Assembly (NCBI GenBank): GCA_965649765.1
Contig: OZ287751.1
Span: 24,056,001-24,120,000 of the forward strand
Reading direction: 5' to 3'
DNA: 64,000 nucleotides
Origin: Bispira polyomma
Taxonomy: Eukaryota
In this document: piece after piece, positions 53,401 through 62,936 of the stretch
How the letters are laid out: every line of letters starts with the position of its first letter
Numbering within the stretch: the first letter of the stretch is position 1
Made by a program: the position numbers and the translations under genes
The notes under the pieces: generated by a model
The model's database searches: none
What the model saw: the letters and a program-made list of their open reading frames with translations, nothing else
Told to the model about the DNA's origin: nothing

Positions 53401-53542
53401 ACAAAACACACATACCTATATCCAAGGCATCCATTCTATCCATACGAGCCCTCTTTTCAAAGGCCTTCTCCAAGTGCCGAGTTAATAACCTCACACTTTG
53501 CCTTTTATTATCGCCCATGTCAATCATTGCTGCAGTCTCCAT
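5389..53542 (-). CDS. FGD: FYVE, RhoGEF and PH domain-containing protein (FGD1-4/frabin-like Cdc42 GEF family), 17 coding exons, about 1243 aa
   Basis: Exons in transcript order: 53542-53416, 49039-47064, 40650-40540, 36027-35873, 32484-32328, 26033-25895, 22342-22284, 19046-18897, 18520-18434, 16044-15965, 15382-15352, 13307-13227, 11628-11515, 10396-10256, 8899-8771, 7444-7293, 5431-5389. All GT-AG, phases match, total 3732 nt. The DH-PH-FYVE-PH order is diagnostic of the FGD family. Extra phase-neutral exons cannot be excluded. Confidence 0.93.
6715..6900 (-). mobile_element. tRNA-derived SINE with Meta-like core; relatives at about 3795-4030(+), 16505-16805(+), 30870-31950(+, interrupted)
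   Basis: A box TAGCCTAGTGG, B box GGTTCGATCC; shared core gat.accacttaaaa.gg.ggtcctctgtca and ttgataa.tg. Confidence 0.7.
6930..7135. mobile_element. Related Harbinger-like MITE (longer subfamily); relatives at about 6091-6225, 26637-26903, 29713-29816, 36860-37006
   Basis: g..gtattcacaaa … gtgaata.gg.cc termini. Confidence 0.65.
7139..7245. mobile_element. 107-bp palindromic MITE (PIF/Harbinger-like, CWG target)
   Basis: GGGCCGTATTCAC…GTGAATACGAGCC, internally palindromic, CAG on both sides. Confidence 0.85.
7293..7444 (-). CDS. FGD: FGD exon 16, PH2 (DHQVVGSLTL…TFKVYNARRTYFFQADNADAVC)
   Basis: PH RTY.F.A motif; phase 0 to 2. Confidence 0.92.
7477..7583. mobile_element. 107-bp palindromic MITE, second copy
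   Basis: Same family; flanks CAG/CTG; empty site visible at 7882-7884. Confidence 0.88.
7695..7869. mobile_element. TA-flanked Tc1/mariner(pogo)-type MITE (CAGTAG…CTACTG); relatives at about 2329-2430 and 19575-19738
   Basis: TIR CAGTAGRCTCTGT; TA duplication; empty site at 7462-7463. Confidence 0.85.
8771..8899 (-). CDS. FGD: FGD exon 15, PH2 (…IAGYLQLSFNKGHCWHKRWITL…VLYSFK)
   Basis: PH motifs GYL and W.KRW; donor aag|gtagga. Confidence 0.92.
9492..10305. repeat. 13-copy 63/61-bp minisatellite derived from the FGD exon 14 3' end plus splice donor
   Basis: Unit starts 9492, 9555, 9616, 9679, 9742, 9805, 9866, 9929, 9992, 10053, 10116, 10179, 10242; higher-order 187-bp (63+61+63) block. Confidence 0.95.
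10256..10396 (-). CDS. FGD: FGD exon 14, second half of FYVE (LVCQKCG…TRVCDECF…WDVPV); 3' end ambiguous because the donor is tandemly repeated
   Basis: VCxxC and RVCxxC motifs; the first gtaagt donor gives phase 0, matching exon 15. Confidence 0.85.
11515..11628 (-). CDS. FGD: FGD exon 13, first half of FYVE-like zinc finger (…PLCYICKGGLKKVNNCKGCGM)
   Basis: Two CxxC pairs; 114 nt, phase 0 to 0. Confidence 0.88.
13227..13307 (-). CDS. FGD: FGD exon 12, PH1-FYVE linker (TMQAAVDEYTKKK…)
   Basis: Acceptor tttatag, donor gtaagt, 81 nt, phase 0 to 0. Confidence 0.85.
15060..15308 (+). mobile_element. Helentron-associated (HINE/DINE-like) non-autonomous repeat; fragments also at about 8990-9110, 13975-14020, 25525-25875, 27950-28130, 58195-58345
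   Basis: Sub-terminal inverted repeats acctctgccaa / ttggccgaggt, gtttgtttgt microsatellite, short 3' hairpin, T-rich flanks. Confidence 0.65.
15352..15382 (-). CDS. FGD: FGD exon 11, 31-nt exon, PH1 C-terminal helix (SLEDKLCWVS)
   Basis: Conserved PH Trp; acceptor ttacag, donor gtaagg; phase 2 to 0. Confidence 0.85.
15965..16044 (-). CDS. FGD: FGD exon 10, PH1 (VHDSDNLVIPFTFYVQSKTRAIEFHC)
   Basis: Long polypyrimidine tract plus gcag; donor gtaagt; phase 0 to 2. Confidence 0.88.
16505..16805 (+). mobile_element. SINE with CORE-like plus Meta-like segments and (TTTCA)n tail
   Basis: ccttgggcaag motif followed by ggatgaccacttaaaatggcgg; microsatellite tail. Confidence 0.6.
17814..18173. mobile_element. 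MITE with 26-bp TIR
   Basis: TACCGAAATAATCCGCGGAAGCACCC versus reverse complement of the right end TACTGAAATCATCCGCGGAAGCGCCC. Confidence 0.8.
18434..18520 (-). CDS. FGD: FGD exon 9, PH1 (MDDMLLICTSSGLGGKFKLKFPLPVDKMQ)
   Basis: Acceptor ctttcag, donor caa|gtgagt. Confidence 0.9.
18897..19046 (-). CDS. FGD: FGD exon 8, start of PH1 (ERMKRL…RDLIKEGKIKSI…DRQLFL)
   Basis: FGD-type R.LIKEG.I…DR.LFL motif; phase 0 to 0. Confidence 0.92.
19050..19245. repeat. Degenerate 23-bp tandem repeat abutting the exon 8 acceptor
   Basis: Repeated aa.aagtgtgta.aaccagtca units. Confidence 0.75.
20689..21028. mobile_element. Degenerate MITE (TGGCT..TTCACAC termini)
   Basis: Imperfect TIRs; related to the element starting at about 39652. 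Confidence 0.5.
21339..21931. mobile_element. Non-autonomous DNA transposon with 25-bp TIR
   Basis: TAGCCCAGTCCCACCTACACATGCT versus TAGTCCAGTCACACCTACACGTGCT. Confidence 0.78.
22284..22342 (-). CDS. FGD: FGD exon 7, last DH helix (DVLSSLSELGNELEREMGKT)
   Basis: Acceptor tttttcag, donor aca|gtaagt; phase 1 to 0 bridges exons 6 and 8. Confidence 0.85.
22666..24696 (-). mobile_element. 5'-truncated, frameshifted L2-clade LINE (reverse transcriptase pseudogene) in FGD intron 6
   Basis: KNYRPVS.L, LLDLSAAFDTIDH, GVPQG..LGP, YADD and HITPVLKSLHWL motifs split across frames; 3' stem and (GATTA)n tail; degenerate flanking repeat tagtaaaattatc / tagtgaaatttatc. Confidence 0.93.
25895..26033 (-). 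CDS. FGD: FGD exon 6, DH domain CR3 (…FLEVVQRVPRYYDLLK…)
   Basis: QR+PRY motif; phase 0 to 1. Confidence 0.92.
26102..26281. mobile_element. Tc1/mariner-type MITE family (CAGT.GAACCTCTATTATC); relatives at 12511-12688, about 16915-17049, 18640-18810, 2445-2620
   Basis: Imperfect TIRs with CAGT…CTG termini; TA flanks in several copies. Confidence 0.7.
31065..31899. mobile_element. TTAA-flanked non-autonomous DNA transposon (Kolobok-like AG…CT ends) inserted in a SINE
   Basis: TTAA at 31061-31064 and 31900-31903; 20-bp imperfect TIR AGRGGRGTTCCACAYTCARG (16/20); many internal CCGAC/GTCGG motifs. Confidence 0.75.
32006..32360. repeat. Diverged tandem duplication (about 175 bp) containing the exon 5 end and donor
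   Basis: ggtaacagga.ac.gttg.tgtggacttacctccac motif at about 32125-32160 and 32298-32333. Confidence 0.85.
32328..32484 (-). CDS. FGD: FGD exon 5, DH domain (KFCPRVDDIMKEVLPYFVLYHEFVENF…)
   Basis: Acceptor acacag, donor gag|gtaagt; phase 2 to 0. Confidence 0.92.
33023..33130. repeat. Tandem repeat, unit about 30 bp, 4 copies
   Basis: tgacac…ctccactaagacc units. Confidence 0.75.
35873..36027 (-). CDS. FGD: FGD exon 4, DH domain (…VVTKIFSNIERIFSLH…LVEERLNNW)
   Basis: DH CR2 motif IFSNI; phase 0 to 2. Confidence 0.92.
37066..37145 (-). mobile_element. Very short L2-type 3' tail; also at about 46860-46950(-) and 17750-17815(+)
   Basis: GCGCCTTAGAAGATGCCTAGCATCAATAAGGCG stem plus (ACAAT)n tail, three copies. 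Confidence 0.6.
37977..38212 (+). mobile_element. Older related SINE family (V-domain-like body); other copies at about 8140-8385(-), 28615-28846(-), 32510-32660(-), 43012-43240(+), 44270-44480(+)
   Basis: Degenerate tRNA head, gggaaagttggcagt core, ggtttcctcca motif, ttgaaagtggcgt.aa tail. Confidence 0.7.
40540..40650 (-). CDS. FGD: FGD exon 3, start of DH domain (…ELLKTEKAYVDRLHFLCR)
   Basis: DH CR1 motif ELLxTExxYV; donor cgg|gtaagt; exon start at 40650 (tgtag) or in-frame at 40635 (cacag). Confidence 0.9.
40730..40989 (-). mobile_element. Same SINE family, full length, 14-bp TSD
   Basis: TSD TGATACTTAGAATA at 40716-40729 and 40990-41003; A and B boxes. Confidence 0.9.
41254..41687. mobile_element. 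MITE with TAA target duplication (PIF/Harbinger, Tourist-like)
   Basis: About 35-bp TIR GTGAGC.TTTCCATGCAGGCA..CTTTCTGAGGCGA; TAA at 41251-41253 and 41688-41690. Confidence 0.82.
42573..42747. mobile_element. Tc1/mariner-type MITE family (CAGTTGAACCTCTTTAAG); relatives at 33820-33996, about 46002-46152, 8472-8658
   Basis: TIR CAGTYRAACCYCTT.AAG, TA on both sides. Confidence 0.72.
44090..44202. mobile_element. Palindromic MITE, third copy, nested in another MITE (about 43972-44232)
   Basis: Same TIR; flanks CTG/CAG. Confidence 0.8.
45106..45686. repeat. Near-perfect 290-bp tandem duplication
   Basis: 45106-45395 versus 45396-45684; one 1-bp indel and one substitution seen. Confidence 0.93.
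47064..49039 (-). CDS. FGD: FGD exon 2, 1976-nt exon encoding a disordered Ser/Asp/Pro-rich N-terminal region
   Basis: Inside the 690-aa ORF; acceptor ctttgacag (phase 1), donor gtg|gtaagt (phase 0). Confidence 0.92.
49304..49463. repeat. Perfect 79-bp tandem duplication
   Basis: acagttgaaatataag…ctttacttatc twice. Confidence 0.93.
53416..53542 (-). CDS. FGD: FGD exon 1 (METAAMIDMGDNKRQSVRLLTRHLEKAFEK...), frabin-like actin-binding motif
   Basis: Strong Kozak context (tcaccATGG); donor tag|gtatgt in phase 1, matching exon 2. Confidence 0.75.
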
Positions 53543-53543
53543 G

Positions 53544-53642
53544 GTGACGTCACACTGTTGTAATTATCCCCACTTCCACCACACAATGACAATAATATAT
53601 CACTATATTTAATATATCATAAACAATTATACCCCCACTTCC
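53544..53642 (-). promoter_or_regulatory. Candidate regulatory motifs just 5' of the FGD start codon: palindromic CRE and two ETS-like GGAAGTGGGG
   Basis: GTGACGTCAC at 53544-53553; ccccacttcc at about 53568-53577 and 53633-53642; motif match only. Confidence 0.3.
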
Positions 53643-56104
53643 TAGTAGGTACAACCACAGCATGTCTCATACAACAATACTCATTTTCGTCTTCGTGAAG
53701 CATTTTCCCAATTCAGTTATATCCACCACGCATATTGTCAATTCATAATTGCCTAGCTGCATTTTTTTTTTTTTTTTTTTGGGTGTGTGCAACAGAAAAA
53801 ATATCCCTCCAAGCTGCAAATGTCCCAGTTGCACTGAGAGCCGTCAATAAACGTGTTTGCATGTGTTACATTCCCTGGTTCTCTAAATGCTATTTAAGCA
53901 GTTTGCTACACACATTCCATCATAGCTTCCTCATTTTCTCCTGTCTTTTTTTTCCCCCACTACATGGCCATGTTATATATCTTTATATTGTTTCTTCCTT
54001 CAAGCTTTGTATATAATGATTAGCAATTATACATATTGCCTGTATGTCTGATCCCAGGGATCGTGTACATTTAAATATAATTTATCTGGGATTTAGCTAG
54101 AAATAAATACACCAATTATTCTGGGTGGTCTACAGATTGTTTAGCTATATATAGTTATATGTATAGTACAGGCAGGGAATAAACTCTCCCTTCTTACAAC
54201 ATATGCATCCAAAAATATATATAATCCTCCACGTTAATTACTATTACAGCAGTAAAGTAAATGCACTTCAATGGTATTGCATGATGATATTTATCTTGCC
54301 AAAAGTTGACGCTCTGAAGATAACATTGGATCCATTGCTAGTTTTCAATGTCATATATTTGTATCCAAAAAGTTACAAAAGGGACACCATATGATCCCTC
54401 TGTCTTGAGTTGAAATTACTAAAATTTATGCCCTGGTACATTCACGTGGGTATAGTTGAACACAACTACAAACTGCAAAGGCATCCATGAAGTATTACAG
54501 CCACGTACTGAATTATGTTTTTAATAATAAAGCAACCATTCATCATACATATATATAACCACCCATCCATCCAAATATTCGAGTTTAATTTTTAATCCAA
54601 ACTTCAGCATCCTTCAACACAGTAGTTGTTTTAATCCTGAGTGGAGGCAATGCATGCAGCTCCGTGGTTTATTGGGTCGATGTTTATATACGGGTGGGTG
54701 ATATGTGATGATGAACACTTGATCTGTGATGGGTAGGGTGGAAAGTCCAAGTTTTCCTGTATTTATTTAACAGTAGGAGGAAGCTTAGCCCCAAGTCTGG
54801 CCCGTGTGCTTTTTTTCCCCCGGTCTTCTTTTCACCTGCGAGATACAAGCAATAACAACTCATCAATAGGATTGTGGGAGATAAGAACGATTTATAACCC
54901 ATTAGCCTGGTGGAGGCGTAGATTTTACTGACTTGCATAAATCATTAAAACAGTCAAAAGTGTAAACAATAGAAATAACTTGCCGTGGCTCGGATTAGAA
55001 CCGGGGCTCATTGGATCTTCCAGATTATTAGTTAATTAATAGTCCAGTACATCAACAGTTGAGCTAAAGGGGGAACCCCGGAAGCCCGAGTGTTTAATGC
55101 GCTGATATACACAGATAGAATAAAAGTTTTGGCAAAATGGGGTTGAAGGGAGATTCATGGGTGCATATGTATTTAAACGTAGAATATCATGGCGACTGGA
55201 TATACATACATGTAGTATATGTGCTAATAATTCAAGAGCCACACGATTCCATATACAATATCAATTAATATTGGAATTTATACTATGTATGTAACATATC
55301 TAAAATCCTACTTCCATGGATACAAAGCATCCAGTTACATTACAAAATTAATAGAGATCATCACATAGTTTTGTAACATCTTAAAATTATAAAAGTAGGT
55401 TAATATATATGGACAGAAATTGTATAGTGATATTAAGGTGAAACATTTTATTTAGGAAGATATCATGAGTGAATCTTGGCAAGTCTATTAATGCTAATGC
55501 CAACCTCCCGATAATGTCAGATATCATTTACTGTAAACAGTTTCATTGAAACCTGTTTCTGTACCAATAAATAATACTCTCCCAAGCAGAACAATGTTGT
55601 TTGGCTGCCAATAAAAATAACAAATATCGATCTCAAATCCTATGGTAGAACAGAAGGGCCACTTAGAAACTTTTTAATTTCTATTTCTTAACTTAATATC
55701 TTGATAAATCAACTTGGGTATTTATATTCATGACTTGACTTAACTGGCATATAGAAAATATATTTATTTTACGCTAATGTGTTTCTGTATCCATAAGTTT
55801 TGCAAATTTCCTACTTGTCTCAGATGAAGCATTCATATGTTTAAAAACAAGTACTAGAAACCTAATGTGACATTATATTTAATTCTATCTATAAAATGTA
55901 ACACCACAGTCTCAGTGACCTCTATTTGTACACCTCATCTCCCTTTCACCTACTGACTTAGTAGTGGTGTAAATTGAAATGATGTATTCAACAAACTTTT
56001 TACTCTATTCTCTGTATTACTTATCTGGCCAGCCACCTGTATTACTTACCTGGCCAGCCATCTGGTAACAATTAACTCATTATCTAATGATATACCACCT
56101 GTAT

Positions 56105-56450
56105 CAATTTACCTCAAGGAGACACATTATCACATACTCTTTTTAATAATTTCATAAATGACATAGTAAAAGCTGTACACAACTGATGTATCTCAACTTC
56201 TTTATGCAGATGACATACCAGTAATAATACAGTCTAAGGGTAACCTTCAAACCATGCCTAATGTAATATTTCAGTGGGGAAAAAAATGGGAAATTAACTT
56301 TAACTGCAACAAATTACAAGTGGTTCATTTAAGAAAACAGCCCTGCCCTTGTACTAAATCTCATTTGAAGCATAGAGGCGACTCCTTGAAAACTGTGAAC
56401 AAATATTTAGGAATGGTATTAAATGAAAATGTAGATTTTAAGTCATTTTG
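56105..56450 (+). mobile_element. Degenerate non-LTR retrotransposon RT fragment
   Basis: PQG..LS.TLFNNFIND, LYADD, W…FN.NK.QVVH and KYLG motifs with frameshifts. Confidence 0.7.
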
Positions 56451-56829
56451 TCAAAATAGTAAATCAATAAATCCAGATAATATAGAAATTTATTAACTCA
56501 TTAACTTAAAGTTGATAAATGAGCTTGGCTAAGTTGATTTATCAAGGTTGTAGGTAGATAAATTGAGAGCATTGAGATACCCAAGTCAATTTACATATTT
56601 TTTAGGTCAACAGATACAATAAAACATTTGTAAGTGGCCCTTCTACGCTCCCATAGTAAACCAGATCTTTTCAGAAATCATTTGTGTTTTACTATAGTAA
56701 GTGATTGCAAATTTAAGAAGGTTCTAATAGATAGATGAGTGAAAACAGTCTAAATCCATATTCAATATCTATATCTAAAGACAAGGTAAACATATTTTAA
56801 AATTCTGACTTGGTTAGTCAGTGTAATTA

Positions 56830-57600
56830 TTCCAAATACAAGGACTTCTACACAGCTTCATATTTTATCCGCAACGGTGGAATATATGTATAGTTGAGAA
56901 CTTACAAACACAGGGGACCTAAGATTGATCCCAAACTGGGACTCACTTGGATGACCACTCTTGTGATATTGGGGTTTATCAGGTTTTATTCATATTGACA
57001 GACTAAAGTGCCTTGCGCTCATGCATAAAATGGCCATCCTCATGCTCCTGTCTTTTTTCAGGGAGGGACACTTATAAAGTATTAGTTTGCTATACTTATT
57101 TACAATACTATGGCTACATAAGGGTTTAGATTGCCAGAATGCAGGATGCGTGCACACAGCACTGAGTATAAATTTGATTTATTAGTTGGTGTTTCACATA
57201 CAAATATATAGTTCTGGCGAAGCTTCTTTTATCTATATCCAATCGCCATATTCTACTTTGAAAATATGTGTACTTTGTAATATAAATCTGTCTCAATCCC
57301 ATTTTGTTTGCAGGCTTGTGGAAATGAACCCACACCTTCTGCCACATATGGCAATCTTTATGTCACGTACACTTTTAAACAAAAATGGGGAAATCCACTC
57401 AAACCTGCTATGAATGGCAGATCTGGGACAATATTTTTGAACCAGAACTACTCAACCCTCACTAATCAAAATGTATCGGAAACATTTCAAAACGCTCCGG
57501 CACTTATGGCAACTTTTTATCAAGGATTTATTTGTGACACATCCAAAGCAGTGATTTGTGTACATGAGACCTAGGTATTAGTGGGTTATGGGCTCTACTC
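56830..57600 (-). mobile_element. Highly decayed CR1-like RT fragments, interrupted
   Basis: Remnants resembling ALD.S…DKV.H (about 57510-57560) and VP.GSILGPL (about 56905-56945). Confidence 0.4.
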
Positions 57601-59979
57601 TTATATAATACTGTATTTAGTTTTGGTTTAAACAGCCAAATGACAACATAGAGTACCACTGATATGTTTCAATGATAAAGGGAGTGGTAATAAAAGTCCC
57701 ATCTTCTATTCAGATTTACCCAGTTCCACAAAACCCAGTTCCACAATCACAAAACACACTAAGCACACCATAATTCCATTAAATATGAAGAACATAAAGT
57801 ATCTGCTTTACAATCTTCCATTATTACGTCATGAAATTTTTAAGGAACATTTCTAAAACTTTTAATGAATATAATTTAATTCATAACATGCATAACAAAG
57901 TTTCAGGAGCAGATCCCCCCCCCCCCAACGCCCACCTTAAAATAAAAATCCTAGAATGCACACAAAACTGTAAAAAGTGTCCTTTTTCATTCTACTTTTT
58001 TAAAACTTTCCTTTGACTTTAAATAGTGCATTTGAAATCTGCCAGTCAATTTATTTCCTGCTCAGACCAGACTGCCATTTTTACAGCATAAACTATGTTT
58101 TTCCAACAGATGTCAAATTAGCTCCATCATTCTGCTCGACATTCTTAGGTTTAACGAAGGTATTTAGTCAGTTCTCTTTACTTCTTTTAATTTTACTACC
58201 GTCACTGAGAAGGTTACGATTTTGTTTGTGTCCGCTGGTTGCTTTATCCCCAGGATATTGCATAAAAATTACTGAACTGAGTTATATAAAATTTGGTGAA
58301 TGGATATAGGGCATGGGGTCAACGACAAATTCATTACATTTTGGTATTTGAAAGTGCAGAACAGGAAAATACTGTAGAAGTTCAAATTTCAACTGGGAAT
58401 CAATTTTAGCTAAAGATTTGGCATAGTGAAAATGAATTCCCAATGAAATTGTGAATTGGTGACATTTTTTCCCCAGTTGAAGTTTCTACTATCAAAGTAC
58501 ACGTATATATGCTTACGTCTGTTTGCAAGTTATAAAGTGGGAAGTAAAAAGGTTTGAACTAATTACCCCTAAGCTTTTCGAAGTAGTAGAACTATATTTT
58601 ATCGAGTTATTATAGAATTGATGTATTTTCACATACTTATTCTTGACACATAAAAGGTGCTAGGGTATTTACTCTTGTACTCGAGTATTCTGATATGCCA
58701 GATAACATGATGACATTAATCTGACATATGTTAATATTCATGATCTGTTGTAGTAATGACACATAAATATTAAACAACGATTTACTTACTATTAAGAACA
58801 AATATATGTGTGCAAATAAATAATTCACTTACCAGCATAGGCTCAATATATATATATATATATATGTTTATGTACATATTTATCCATTAAAAAAGCTACA
58901 AGTTTATGACACACACACACACAGGAGAAAAAAGAAACCAACAAGCGAGTTATGAAAAACCAGTGTAGAAATCAATGGTTAATTCTGTCATAAATTTTCC
59001 CACACCACTTCCTAACAAGGTATTTAAGTTACTTCAGTGAGCAACATACATAGATTCAAGTGAGGTATTTGACAAACTAGGGAAGGAAATATATGATTGT
59101 ATTAGTTCATCGACAAGTCGGCGATATATAGTATCAAAAGGGGGCCATACAAATTCACCCCCAGTGCCTGTTGAGATTTAAAATTCCACGAACAGATATA
59201 CCATATGTTCTGTAATAAAGGGCCTCTCTCTAAATAATAGCCCCCCCCCCCCCCCCCCCCCCCCTTAAAGAGATTTTCAGATCACTAAATGCCAATTGAC
59301 TAGAAACTGGTACATCAGCGATAATTGTCTCTCATTCGGGGCAATTTTAAAATTGTTCAAATAGTGACTAGTATTTGATAATTCTATGGTAATGTAGGTC
59401 AGGGTATGATTTTCATTGACCAATGCTTAAGAGTCCAGATATTTAGTGGACAGTTCAGCTATTTTATACACATTACTATGATTTTGTCCACAGTGTAATC
59501 CTACTTTCTTTAATAATAGCCCCATTTTTTTCACAATACAAAAGCCCCGGGAGCGTCTATTACAGAAATTACAGTATCCATACCTAGCTACGGTCCATGC
59601 ATGTAATGTGCTCGATTAACACAAAAAATAAAACTAATTTTACACCTTTCTATGGGAATAATTTAAAGTCTTGTTTATTTAACCTTATATATGATATTTG
59701 GATAACGGAGCAGTGATTTGATTATCAGTATAGTAGGTTCATTTGTATAAGTGTTTTTATATCCATGCATATTAACATTCAGTGTTTACACAAGGACAAC
59801 CAAAAGGAATGTTGTCATTTTATAGAAGGATCTTATTATTATTGTATGGATTAAAAAATTAAGGGATACCGTTAAATCTTTTTCTGACTTATCTTTATAA
59901 ACCATAAAACGATAAACTACCCATTACCATTTCACTGTTTGGGGCTTTAAATAACTCCCCATTTCCTTTATTAGTCCCG

Positions 59980-60255
59980 AATTTGGAAACACACAAAAAA
60001 GTAGACTTTACCAATAGAAAACTACCCTCCGTCCCAAGCAGGGACCAATGTGTAAACTTTTCCCCCACAAACAAATACAAAGCTAAGTTTTTACATACAT
60101 TCACACATAGAAACACACAAATTTGGAAACACACAAAAATGTAGACTTTACCAATGGAAAACTACCATCAGTCCCAAGCGGTGACCAATATGTGAACTTT
60201 TTCCCCACAAACAAATACCAAGCTATACAAGTTTTTACATACATTCACACATAGA
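59980..60255. repeat. Tandem duplication of about 140 bp
   Basis: aatttggaaacacacaaaaa…cattcacacataga twice, diverged. Confidence 0.85.
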
Positions 60256-60502
60256 CGTAATTGTGTACATTATGTAAAATATGTTCAATATGTAAACTTG
60301 AAGGACATGTAAAGTTAGGAGACTATGCAAACGAGAACACCGCTATAATTGGGGAATAAACTTTGTTTTACTTTGAAATTAGTAATATTAGTAACAATAC
60401 ACACACAGCTAACTAACATAACAAACAGGCCTCTATTACTTGTATTATTTATTATATTATACTGAAATGCACTTCTTTAATACATTAATACATAAATGTG
60501 TT

Positions 60503-60629
60503 GCCCACAGTGAGAACTACCACCTTTCCCACATAAGCATCGACGGGATTTGAACTCACGCCATCCAGAGGTGAGAGACCAGTGATTGTGAAGCGCAATG
60601 CTTGCTAACCACTAGGCCATTGCGGCCCC
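60503..60629 (-). mobile_element. Same SINE family, 5' half only
   Basis: Aligns to the head of the other three copies. Confidence 0.85.
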
Positions 60630-61135
60630 AGGTTTATTAGTGACAATTTAAGAAATACACAAAATACAGATCTAGAATGTAAATAATTTCAAGAGATTTT
60701 CTTGACAAACGTAACATTGATCCACTACTATTTGACCGTAATTACAATTTTAGCAGTTTAAGTATTACACACAGTAGAGTACTGGTTCAGCATAATAATT
60801 CAATGTGTGTAAATACATACTTTAACACAAAATCCAATTGCAACTAGAAAACGGTTTTTGATAACAAAAACGAAGCGTCCCTGAAGTTGAAATAATAATG
60901 AAGTTGTTTAGTGTGCAAGGTTTGATATAGTTAAAAAATTGACATATAAGCAGAATCAGCACTATTGGTCAAATATAAGCTCGAAAACGCTCTATGTAGC
61001 ACCATTTCCGAGATAAGACGTTTTTGAAAAAGACGCAGAAATTGAAGATGGTCGCCAAAATCAAATTTTTTTTTAAAAGTTTACATACAAGCAAAATCAA
61101 CCCTGTGGGTCAAAAATGAGCTCGAAATCACTATC

Positions 61136-61472
61136 TAATTGTAATTTTTTGTAATTGTAATTAGACTTTTATTGCGCTTAATCTCCCCTTAACAAAGGGG
61201 AGTCTAAGGTTCAACAACACAAAAGACAGTAATCCAATTTCCAATATCAAGGGGCAGAAAAGGGTCAGCACCACAGAGCGCGCCGGGGGATGATTGAGAC
61301 TAAGGTGGGCATGCTTTGGTGTACAAGTGGGTTTTAAGCCGCTATCTAAAACAGGCTAGGGAGGGGGAAGCATGAATCACATCAGGAAGACCATTCTGAA
61401 CAATGGGAGCATCAAAAGCAAAGCTGTGACCAAACTGTTTAACTGACTTTTGAGTAGATGGGTGGAACATAT
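61136..61472 (-). mobile_element. Short L2 LINE 3' end
   Basis: Reverse translation …KSVKQFGHSFAFDAP…LPD..HASPSLACFR*RLKTHLY resembles the end of the 22.7-kb element; (AATTAC)n tail. Confidence 0.75.
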
Positions 61473-62692
61473 AAAAACTGTGAACTGGGAAAAATAACTA
61501 TAAAAACACTCTCAGGAAGAATTACTTCATATATTGTCAGTCTCATTTTACACAAATCTATGGAAAATATAGACTTGCCTGAATACAGGGCTACAGCATG
61601 AAGACATTCTTCCAATTTTTGTTGTAATTTTAATATTCTTTAAATTACCACAGACGTTCACAATTACCACAAAATTATTCCTGTTTGGTAAATTACTTTA
61701 CATGAATGAAAATTAGACTAAAGACAAACGGCTAACAGCTACTTCTTTTGATTAATATAATTTTAATATACCTGTGTCATATATATTATCAAAATTACAC
61801 AGTTGCACAAAAAATTTCTATAAAATTACAGAGTTCAATCCAAAAAAACATGATAACTTTGTAAGAACATCCTGAAATAGTGTCGACCTGACAGAAAGTA
61901 TTTCATGCAATGTCCATGCTGAGATAGCCTCCCTCTATCAGTGAAGGAAATACCATGTAGTTGTAAATTAGTGTACTTGTAAGTAGTATATTAGAACAAT
62001 ATGTATGCATTACGTAGTTGTAAATTAGTGTCGTTGCAAGTAGTATATAAGTGCATTATGTGTGTATTATGTAGTTGTAAGTAGTATATTAATGCAATAT
62101 GTGTGTATTACGTAGTTGTAAATTATTTTAGTTGTAAGTAGCATATTAGTATATTATGTATGTATTCCATAGTAAATTAGTGTACTTGTAAGTAGTATAT
62201 TAGAACATTATGTATGTATTATGTAGTTGTAAGCAAGTGAAGTGGGGTTTTAAATTATTTTAGTTGTAAGTAGCATATTAGAACATTATGTATGTATTAT
62301 GTAGTTGTAAATTAGTGTACTTGTAAGTAGTACATTAGAACATTATATATTACGTAATTGTAAATTAGTGTACTTGTAAGTAGTATATTAGAACATTATG
62401 TATTATGTAGTTGTAAATTAGTGTAGTTGTAAGTAGTATATTAGTACATTATGTATGTATTACGTAGTTGTAAATTCGTGTACTTGTAGGTAGTATACTA
62501 CAACATTATGTATTATGTAGTTGTAAACTAGTGTAGTTGCAAGTAGTATATTAGTATGTTAGTACATTATGTATGTATTACGTAGTTGTAAATTTGTGTA
62601 CTTGTAAGTAGTATACTAGAACATTATGTAGTTGTAAACTAGTGTAGTTGCAAGTAGCATATTAGTACATTATGTGTGTATTATGTAGTTGT

Positions 62693-62936
62693 ATTTGAAT
62701 ATTTAACGTCCACTCTAGTACCTTTTAGTAGGTTATATTGGAACGGGTAGTTGGAAACGCTGGAGGAAACACTGCATAGTCGGTCAAGGTTCTGCAGAGA
62801 AACCAGCGGCCCACAGTAAGGAACTACCACCTTTCCCACATAGGCATCGACAGGATTCGAACTCACGCCGCCCAGAGGTGAGAGACCAGTGATTGTGAAG
62901 CGCAATGCTTGCTAACCACTAGGCCACCAGGGCCCC
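62693..62936 (-). mobile_element. Same SINE family, full length, no TSD, at the minisatellite inversion point
   Basis: Near-identical to 63390-63650. Confidence 0.9.
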
